Source: Thecamonas trahens ATCC 50062
Lineage: Eukaryota; Protista; Apusomonadida
Length of the DNA: 64,000 nt
Direction of reading: 5' to 3'
Assembly: GCF_000142905.1 (NCBI RefSeq)
Contig: NW_013657620.1
Span: forward strand, 1-64,000
Positions 48,001 through 56,703 of this stretch are shown here, piece by piece (positions within the stretch are counted from its first letter, which is position 1; every line of letters starts with the position of its first letter). A model generated the notes under the pieces. It worked only from the letters and a program-made list of their open reading frames with translations. It did not search any database and had not been told where the DNA came from. Made by a program: the position numbers and the translations under genes.

Positions 48001-49658
48001 GGCGCGTCGCGGTGCTCGCCTGGCACGACTGGCTTCATGTGTACCGTCTGCGAGGACGGCTACTACACTGGGCCATCTGGTGAGTGCGAGGCGTGCGGCT
48101 CGACTACAAGCACGCTTTTCTACGCCTTTGTCTCGGCGGTAGTCGTCCTTTCCATCGTGGCGGTTGTCATTATGGCGGTCATGGCGCGGCTGGACACCAA
48201 GTCACAGCGCTTGGCCGCGGCCGGTACCGCAGCAACCGTTCGTCGAGTTGCCTCGGGCATGCCGCATGGCATCAAGTCGGGCATCCTCTTCCTCCAGATC
48301 CTAGCAGTTGTAGGCTCGGTAACCGAGATCCGGTGGCCTTCCCCGACGCGCGAGAGCATGAACAGCTTTTCGTTCCTCAACCTCTCGCCGTCGGTGGTGG
48401 CCTCCGAGTGTGTGCTCGGCGACTTTGGGCTCTCGTATATCTTCTCGGTCTTTGTCCCAACAGCAGTCTTTTTGCTCATCGCGTTATCTGCCAGCCTTGC
48501 ACGGTTTGTCTTGCAGATTCGCGCCATCTCTGTCCGGCGGGTGCTGGAGAAGACGCTCTTCATTCTCGGCCCGATGCTGTACATCACCTGCGCCCAGTCG
48601 TCGCTAGTCCTCTTTGACTGCACCAAGCTGCCGTCAGGCGAGTGGATGCTCGACGCCAACCCGTCGTTCCGATGCTACACGAGCAAGTGGTTGGCGCTTG
48701 TACCGTTTGGCGTCTTTGCCATCGCAGCCTACGTCCTCGGCCTCCCGGCGTTTCTGGTGTGGCGGTTGCACGCGGTCCGGCGACGGCTTGACATGCCCGA
48801 GGTCCAAGCGCGGCTAGGCATGCTCTACTCCATGTATCGCCGCGAGTACTACCTGTTCGAGATCTGGCTCCTCGGCAAGCGACTGGCTCTTGTGGCGGCC
48901 TCGATGTTTGCCTCTCAGCAAGTGGTCTGGCTCCTCTTCGCCCTCATCCTGCTGTTTGTCGCCTCGGCCGGTATCCAGCTCCGGCTCCGCCCGTACAACA
49001 TCCCGCAGTACAACGACCTCGAGCTTCAACTCAACATCATCATCGCCTTTACTGTCCTCATGGGCTCGTTCTTCTGGGTCGACGACTTTCCCAACGACGC
49101 TTCGTTTGCCATCTTTGTTGTCATGACCACCCTCGCCATTGTCGCTGCCCTCGCCCTCCTCACTCGCCTCGTGATGTGGGAGTTGACAGTCAAGGCCCGG
49201 GCGCTGGTTGCCAGCTCGTCGAGCATGAGCGCCGACGAAACAGTGGAGAACAGCAAAGCCGACGGCGCCGACCATCGCCAGACCTCAAACCTCTCGTCGG
49301 TCATTGACGAGGAGAGCGGAAGTGACTCCCTCGACGCACCGATGGCACCGCCGATGGCACCCCGAAGGCTCGCCTACACCGGAGGCGCAGCAGCGCCAAA
49401 GTCAGTCCTGCTACGTCGGTCCGAGGCAGCCCGCGCAACGTCTCCATCAACAACAACGACGAAGCCACAAGCTCGGATAAGGTGCCCTTGTCGGCAGTAG
49501 CGGCGACAGCGTCGGTCCCGCGGATGGCGTCACCGTCGAGCAGGCGCAACTTGAGCCAATCGGGTATCAAGACAGCCTCGACGCGATCTCTTGCTTCCCG
49601 CCGCCGCCAGGCATCAATCTCGTCCATGCCACGGTCACAGTCAGTAGCCCGCTCGTGA
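45056..49658 (+). CDS. FG-GAP + Pmp-like beta-helix + Cys-rich + multi-TM receptor-like protein, paralogue 3 (frame break ~45320, probably also ~49329)
   Basis: Signal peptide MSRPCLLLTVVAVMVAGLSCAVAA; FG-GAP motifs; GGAV/GGAI with FKNNSA; GPMLYITCAQSSLVLFDC. Stop is at 49500 as assembled, or at 49658 if one C is added at 49328-49330. Confidence 0.88.
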
Positions 49659-49682
49659 TACACGGCGGTCGCCGCGTTGCGT

Positions 49683-50348
49683 TCACTGCGGATCGCCCTT
49701 GGAGTACACGGTCTCGGTCCCGCCCTCGGCGTGGCAAATGGCGCGAGCCACCGCAAAGAGGGCGTCGGAGAGCCGGTTGATGTAGGCAAACGCGTCGTCA
49801 CTCACCCCTCCCGGCCCGCGAAGACGGGCGACAGTGCGCTCGGCGCGCCGAGCAACGGCGCGGGCAACATGGATGTGCGCCGACGCAGGCGTGCCTCCGG
49901 GCAGGATAAACATGGTGAGCGGCGGCAGTGCACCATCGATCTCATCAATAAACGTCTCCATCGCCGCCACGTGCGTCGCCGGAAACGCCGTTGCCGCCCG
50001 CCGCGTAGCCACCGGATCGTCCTCGTCGTCCGACTCGCTTCCGTCGCTAGCGCCAGAAGGCGGCGGCAGCGGCGTGGCGACATGTGAGCCAAGCTCGACT
50101 AGCCGCGACTGGACGCCCTCCAGAAAGGCATCGATAGCAACCAGCACGTCATCGCCGCCGTCGGCAGCCTCAGCTCCCCGCAGCGCCACCCGCGCCACGC
50201 CCAGATGCGACGAGACCTCGTCGAGGCTCCCCAGCGCCTCAAACACCGCGTCGTCCTTAGCCCGCCGCTCGCCGGTGTACAGCGAAGACGTCCCGTCGTC
50301 ACCGGTCCGCGTGTATAGGTTCGACTTGCTGCGTCCTGATGAGGCCAT
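49683..50348 (-). CDS. MMAB: ATP:cob(I)alamin adenosyltransferase (PduO/MMAB family)
   Basis: LYTRTGDDGTSSL...R.KDD.VFEALGSLDE; FILPGG; HVARAVARRAER; YINRLSDALFAVAR. Confidence 0.95.
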   Translation of the reverse strand: MASSGRSKSNLYTRTGDDGTSSLYTGERRAKDDAVFEALGSLDEVSSHLGVARVALRGAEAADGGDDVLVAIDAFLEGVQSRLVELGSHVATPLPPPSGASDGSESDDEDDPVATRRAATAFPATHVAAMETFIDEIDGALPPLTMFILPGGTPASAHIHVARAVARRAERTVARLRGPGGVSDDAFAYINRLSDALFAVARAICHAEGGTETVYSKGDPQ

Positions 50349-50631
50349 GTCGTCACAAGGAAATAGGAGTGGTGATGGCGGTGCAACGGGGGGGGGGGGG
50401 GGGGGGGAAAGGGGCAGGGGGGGAGGGGGGAGGGGGCTGGGCGAGTTGGCTGACGAGCCCAGGCAGCCACCCGGGTCGGGCCGAGTCGCGCCACTTCGGT
50501 ACTTGGCGCACGTCCTCCACACTCCACACTCCACTCACACACACATACATACTTACAACCATACAACCATACAACCATACATACATACAACCATACATAC
50601 ATACATACATATATACGGCTGCTGCCCAAAC

Positions 50632-51353
50632 ATGGAGAACAAGGTCTCGGTGGTCGAGTTCTGTGAGCGTCATGGGTGCCTGGTCGACGTCAACTCGGCA
50701 GACTCGCTGCGCTATGTACGGATGTGGATGCAGAGACTGATGCGGATGCGGATGCGGATGCGGATGCGGATGCGGATGCGGATGCGGTAGTAGTGGTGGT
50801 GGTGGTGGTGGTGGTGGTGGTGGTGGTGAAGGGGGTCGCACTCACAGTCATAGGGGTGGCGGTGGTGGGAATGGGCGCTGCGCAACCATAGGCGCTGGAG
50901 AACGTGCTGTCGCTGCTGCCCGAGCCGTCGGACGGAACGGAGGCTGCAGAGCGGTCCGAGAAGATCTTGGCGCTACAGAGCGAGGTGGCCATGGCGCAGC
51001 AGCTGAACGATGCGCTGCAGCAGCAGATCGAACATGAGGCCACAGAGGTGGCCATTCTGGAGAAGAAGATGGAGGCCCGCCTGCTGCTCAACAAGGTGGC
51101 CCAGTCTCTCGCCATCGTCCCGCACACCCCCGCCGACAACAGGCCGCGCAAGTTGAAGAAGGCTCGCAAGACCGCAACAGACTCGGACATCGCCACCAGC
51201 CGCCCGAAGGAGCCTGCCCAGGACGACATCGTCACAGCCGATTCCGACGTCGATGCAGCAGCTGCGGGCTCTGGCACCAGCAGCAGCGGACCCGCTTCTG
51301 CCGCCGGTCGCCGACGCAGCAAGCGCCGCAAACCGCTTGCAGCCCTGAGCTAG
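50632..51353 (+). CDS. Hypothetical coiled-coil protein with basic tail; intron 50716-50891
   Basis: MENKVSVVEFCERHG...SLRY|GTACGG...CCATAG|ALENVLSLL is in frame; heptad-like segment; the intron holds (GATGCG)n and (GGT)n. Confidence 0.7.
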
Positions 51354-52164
51354 CTTTGCTCTCCCACTTGCTTCAACCAACGAATCAATCACACCATCAT
51401 GACATCAGCCCGTCGTCCTCTTTCCCCACCTCTACCTAGCTTGGACTGACTCGCTTGGTTTTACGATCTCGACATCACACCGCAAACGACCCAATCGCAG
51501 CAGCAAGCGCCACACATGCCCACCACCGCGTCTCAACCTTGCTCACCCACTCCCAAGCTCCCCTCTGAACCTGCTTGTCATCATCGTCCATTTGCAGCAT
51601 TTCGATGTTGCGGGCGAGAACAGCCAGCTGTTCGCCAAGACTAATTGGCCGGTGGCCAAGTTGACGACCTTTTGCTGATCTTGGCAGTGCGATCACATTT
51701 CCTTCGCCAACCCCACCGTCACCGTGCGCATTCGCCGCAGAGCATGCACCACACGCAGTAACGAGACCGTCAGCATCGCCTCGCCACATGCGCGGGGGGC
51801 AGGCACGTGGCTGACCGTTGGCTCCTTCTCCAATGCCACGTTGCCTGCCATCGGCATCTGCACCTGAATCAGCTGCGGCGCCACGGTCGGCACCGCCCAC
51901 CGGCACCGACGCTGGCCCCACAGGCGCCAGGGAACAATCGCCACCCGCGTCCTCCCCAAGGCACAGAGGCGCCTCAAGTCCATCACCATCATCCGTCGTC
52001 CAGCAGTCGTCACAGCTCCATCCCCTGACCCCTCATCATCCCGGGTATGGGCCGACTCCATCTCGCGCAGCAGCGAGGCGATCATGTCCCCACTTTGTTG
52101 CTGTCAGGTGGCCCGTGGTCCGGCGCGAGCCGCAGCTACACCACCCGACGTTGTCACGTGATCT

Positions 52165-52872
52165 ATGTCAGCCAGCAGTTGCGAGAGAGTGCAGAAGCGG
52201 ACGGCACGACTGCTTGTCCAGCTGGCGCCACAGGGAGCGTCCAGCGGCGGCGCAGGCCACGCCCGTGGACGGTCACTCCCGCTGCTCCGCGAAGCGCTGG
52301 CACGGGTCGACTTGGAGAGCCTTCTTGCCGACGGCGAGCATGTGGCTGCTGGCGGAGCTGGGAGCTTCGGCAGTGCTGACGAGGCCGGGAGCAGCAGTGG
52401 TGGAACGGTGGGAGCCGTCAATGTCGCCGAGTGGGTGGCCGGCGCCGGGTCGTGGACGGCGGTGTCTGGCGCGGTGGCGGTGAGCCAGGCGCGGATCGAC
52501 GCCTTCTCGGCGGTCACACTTGACCCGCAGTGGATCCACGGGGCAGAGGCTGGGCTCGCTGGCTCGCCGTATGGCACACCCATTGCTCATGGCTTTCTCG
52601 TCCTCTCGCTGCTCTCGCCGCTAGCGGCGTCGACCCTGCCGCCCATCAAGGGCATGGGCATGGGCATCAACTACGGTCTCAACCGAGTTCGGTTTGTGGC
52701 GCCCACGCGCGTCGGCGCTGCTGTCCATGCCTCAGTTGCTCTGGCTGCCGTCAAGCGCATCAACGGCGGCGGCATCGAGTCGGTTCTGGACGTCTCGCTC
52801 GTCTCGTCCGATCCGGCTGTAGGCGACAAGCCCGTCGTTGTCGCTCAGTGGCTTGTCCGCCACTATCCGTAG
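52165..52872 (+). CDS. MaoC/NodN-like hot-dog-fold dehydratase ((R)-enoyl-CoA hydratase-like)
   Basis: VSQARIDAFSAVTLDPQWIH, PIAHGFLVLSL, GINYGLNRVRFVAP. Confidence 0.92.
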   Translation: MSASSCERVQKRTARLLVQLAPQGASSGGAGHARGRSLPLLREALARVDLESLLADGEHVAAGGAGSFGSADEAGSSSGGTVGAVNVAEWVAGAGSWTAVSGAVAVSQARIDAFSAVTLDPQWIHGAEAGLAGSPYGTPIAHGFLVLSLLSPLAASTLPPIKGMGMGINYGLNRVRFVAPTRVGAAVHASVALAAVKRINGGGIESVLDVSLVSSDPAVGDKPVVVAQWLVRHYP

Positions 52873-52976
52873 AGAGGGCAATGGATGTCTTGGGGCGCAG
52901 CATTAGCAGAAAGTATAGTATGGGGAAGCATCCGCTGCAAGTCTGGCGAGACACTCGTCAGCCCTTCTTCTTTACC

Positions 52977-54975
52977 CTACGCATCATCGCTGTCGCCAGA
53001 TCTGCTCTTGGCAGTGGCTGCTCGGCTCCCGGCGGCGGCGGCAACGAGTGAGACACGGTTGACCAGCTCGAGCTCGCGGACCTTAAACTGTTGGGCGGCG
53101 TCAAAGTCCTCGGTGTCAATGGCCTCGGCCTTGCCGGCAAGACAGGCATGTAGCGCTTCACGACGGGCCTTGAACAGGCCGGCGGCGGCGTAGTCGGCGC
53201 GGGCAACGGCGGTGGCCTGCATCTGGATCAGCTCTGCGACCGAGAGCGGCGCGTCCGGATTGACCGGGAACGTCTCGCGCATCCACTCGAGGGTCTCAGT
53301 GGAGACCTCCATCTCTCCAGGCTGCGGCGGCTGCGGAGCGCCGAGGACAGCCTCGAGCTCGGCGACCACAGCGTCCCACTCGGTGCGGGTAGCGGCGGCG
53401 GCAGGGTAGTCTTCCAGCGCGAGCGCTTCGGCCAGCTGGCTCTCCAGGTGCTGGGCCTGCGGCAGGATGCGGCGGAGCGCGAATGCAACGCCATAGTCCT
53501 CACGTGCAACTGCGCCGGCTTCCATCTCGGCCATCTGTACGAGCGAGAGCAGGCCAGCGCCCGACGCTGCGTGGTCGGCGGCAACTTGGGCGCCGGCTGC
53601 CACGGCGGCATACGCCTCCATCACGCTTTCGTCGCGGACGAGAAGCTCGTTGATCTTACTCTTGCACTGCTTGGCCATGAGAAAGTCCTCGTTGGCGACG
53701 GCCTCAGCCTTTTCCGCAGCAAACGCGGCCAGCGCCTCGCGACGAGTGTGGAGGACGTGCGCAGCCGAGTACGTGTGAAACTTGAGCGCCCACGCCAGCC
53801 ACTGGTTGAGCTCGCCATCGGCCAGCGTGCCTCCACCGTCTACACTCTCGACACCGTCAAACGGCTTGTCGGCAAGTACAGTGAGGCTCTTCCCGCGCGG
53901 CAGGTGCGGGCTTCCGCTCGCGCGGGCATCAGACCGCCGTGGGGGCGGCACGTGGCTCCCGCTTGGCGGCGAGCCGGCAGCAGTGGCAGCGGCTACAATG
54001 GCTGCTGCGGCGGCGCGTTCCGACTTTTGGCGCTCTTTGGCCTCGCGCTGAAGCCGCTTCTTCTCTGCCTTGGCCGCCCGCTTCTCCTCGCGGACCCGCT
54101 CGCGCTCGAGGCGGAGCTGCTCACGAACGACTAGGGCCTTCTCGCGCTCCAGCACAGCGAGGCGGGCCTTCTCCGACTCGGCCATTTGCAGCTCGTGCTG
54201 AAGTGCCGCTTGCTCACGGGCGATCTGCTCTGCCGCCATGCTCATGTTGAGCGAGGCGACCCACGCCCGGCGCTCGGTCGAGTACGACGACGCTTTGCTT
54301 AGGGCGGCGTTTCGGAGAGCAAGCGTCTCACGCTCAAGCACCACCGAGTCCATCTCCTCCAGTAGCTCTTCCAGCCGTCCCATCTTTGCGCACACTCGCT
54401 GGACCGAGGCCTCCGCCTCTGCCACCGACTGCTCGACGGCCGGCAGCAGCTGCATGCGCGCCTCAAAGGTGACCCACCAATCATAGTGCTGAGCGACAGC
54501 CTTGGCCACCACTGCTGCCTGCTTCTCCAGCGCCTCGGCCTGCTCCGCCACCCGCTGCGTGCCCATAGCCAGCGCCCCATCCGCCACCTCCTTGCCATGA
54601 ACCAGCCCTGCGCCCGCTGCCACGGGGAAGCCCAGCTCGGCCGACAGCGCCTCCAGCTGCGCCGCCAGCTGAGCCGGCGATGGTCCTGTCCCTGCCGTCC
54701 GCTTCAGCTTGTCGAGCCTGTACACCATCCCCCCCCATCCAACCCCGACCCCGACCCCGACCCCAACCCCGACCCCCCGAGCCCGCCATGCCATCGCCAT
54801 TCCCATCCCCATCCATGTGTGCGTGGGTGAGTGTGGCCGTGACCTAGTGACCTGTCGTCCTGCCTGGCCCTCCCCCCCCCCTCCCCCCCCTCCCCCCCCT
54901 GCCCCCCTCTCCCCCCTGCCCCTGCCCCCCTACAGCGTACGAGCCCTCGACAAACGACTTGAACGAGTGCAGCAT
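52977..54975 (-). CDS. Dysbindin-like coiled-coil protein with five C-terminal UVR (UvrB/C) motifs; intron 54718-54940
   Basis: Exon 1 MLHSFKSFVEGS joins LDKLKRT in phase (GTACGC...GTACAG); dysbindin-like QLLPAVEQSV...LEELLEEMD; repeated A(V/I/L)xxED(F/Y)xxA motifs. Confidence 0.7.
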
Positions 54976-55061
54976 GCTTCCACCCCACCCCGCGTAGCGT
55001 TCGAGCCCAGAGAGCTGTACCTCAACCTCCCCTTCCCCCTTCCCCTCCCCCCCCCCCCCCC

Positions 55062-55557
55062 NNNNNNNNNNNNNNNNNNNNNNNNNNNNNNNNNNNNNNN
55101 NNNNNNNNNNNNNNNNNNNNNNNNNNNNNNNNNNNNNNNNNNNNNNNNNNNNNNNNNNNNNNNNNNNNNNNNNNNNNNNNNNNNNNNNNNNNNNNNNNNN
55201 NNNNNNNNNNNNNNNNNNNNNNNNNNNNNNNNNNNNNNNNNNNNNNNNNNNNNNNNNNNNNNNNNNNNNNNNNNNNNNNNNNNNNNNNNNNNNNNNNNNN
55301 NNNNNNNNNNNNNNNNNNNNNNNNNNNNNNNNNNNNNNNNNNNNNNNNNNNNNNNNNNNNNNNNNNNNNNNNNNNNNNNNNNNNNNNNNNNNNNNNNNNN
55401 NNNNNNNNNNNNNNNNNNNNNNNNNNNNNNNNNNNNNNNNNNNNNNNNNNNNNNNNNNNNNNNNNNNNNNNNNNNNNNNNNNNNNNNNNNNNNNNNNNNN
55501 NNNNNNNNNNNNNNNNNNNNNNNNNNNNNNNNNNNNNNNNNNNNNNNNNNNNNNNNN
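55062..55557. other. Assembly gap
   Basis: Run of N between poly-C tracts. Confidence 1.
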
Positions 55558-55661
55558 CTCACCCCCCCCTCACCCCTTCATTCCCCTACCCCCCCCACCC
55601 TCCACCTGCCTTATCTCCCCCCCCCCCCCCCCCCCCCCCCCCCCGCCGAAAAGACGCGGGT

Positions 55662-56523
55662 ATGCAGGGCGGCAAGTCACTGCAGAGGATCAACTTTGAC
55701 AATGTGGGGCCAATTGCCAGCTCGAGCCTGTTGCAGTTTGTGAATGGCTTTGTGCTCTCCTCTGTTCAGTTCCTCAATCGCTTCTCGGGCGTGTGCGAGG
55801 AGAAGCTCGGCAAGGTGGCCATTCAGCTCTCCCGTCTCGAGGCCACCATGGCCATTCTCGAGGCCAAGCTCGAGTCAGTTCCAGGCCTTGATCAGTACAA
55901 CATACCCATTGCAGACTCGGACTCAGAGTCGGACGATGCATCGCCTGCTGCACACAGGCCAAACGGTGTCCGTGACTCGACGGCCGAAGAGTCTCCGGCG
56001 CCTGCTGCGCCTGCTGCCGCCGCTGCTCCTGTCGCTGCTGGTACGGACTGTTCCGATCGATCCCCTCCCTCCCTCTCTCCCCACGCTCTTCCTTTCTTCA
56101 TTCCCCGCACTCACGCTCACGGTCGCTCGCTTGCACAGTACGGCTCGTCAAGGACAACCCAAAGTACAAGAAGTTCTTCCTCCAGATGCGGATGGGTGTG
56201 GACGAGCGCAACATCCGCAATCAGATGATGATTGCCGGCCTCAATCCGGACCTCATCACCACACCCAACGCGCCCGATCCGGATGTGGAAGGCGCTCTCG
56301 GCAACGAGATCACTCCAGTCCCCGGCGTGCTCTCCTCCGCGCCTCCTCCGCTTGCCCCGCCCCGCCGGCTGCATCGGACTCGGACTCGGACTCGTCGTCG
56401 TCCGACGGGGCCTTTGTCGCCACCTCCCTCCCGCCGCCGCCTCCTCCGCCAGGCGCCCCGCCACTGGATCCCTTTGCGGGCGGCTCGGACGATGGCTCCG
56501 AGTCAGGCTGGTCGTCATCGTAG
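55662..56523 (+). CDS. WASHC3: WASH complex subunit 3 (CCDC53); intron 56041-56138; frame break ~56360
   Basis: FVLSSVQFLNRFSGVCEEKL...LEATMAILEAKLESVPGL; VKDNPKYKKFFLQMRMGV...GLNPDLITTPNAP; one added C gives the acidic SDSDS tail. Confidence 0.93.
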
Positions 56524-56703
56524 CCCTTCCTCCCTCCCCCCCCCCTTCCAGCTCACGTCTCTGGACTGCCTGCGCTTCCTGGATGATCATCATTGAACAC
56601 CGTCGTCCTTCGATAGCTGGACACTGTTGGCAGCGTCCAGCCAGCCGCTGACGACCGACTGACGGCCGACCACCGTCACACCTCTCCCTTCCCCCCCCCA
56701 CCC

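Noticed and set aside
51475-52085. Possible minus-strand tail-anchored protein from two overlapping ORFs
   Set aside because: Needs an unsupported frameshift or splice and shows no recognisable domain.
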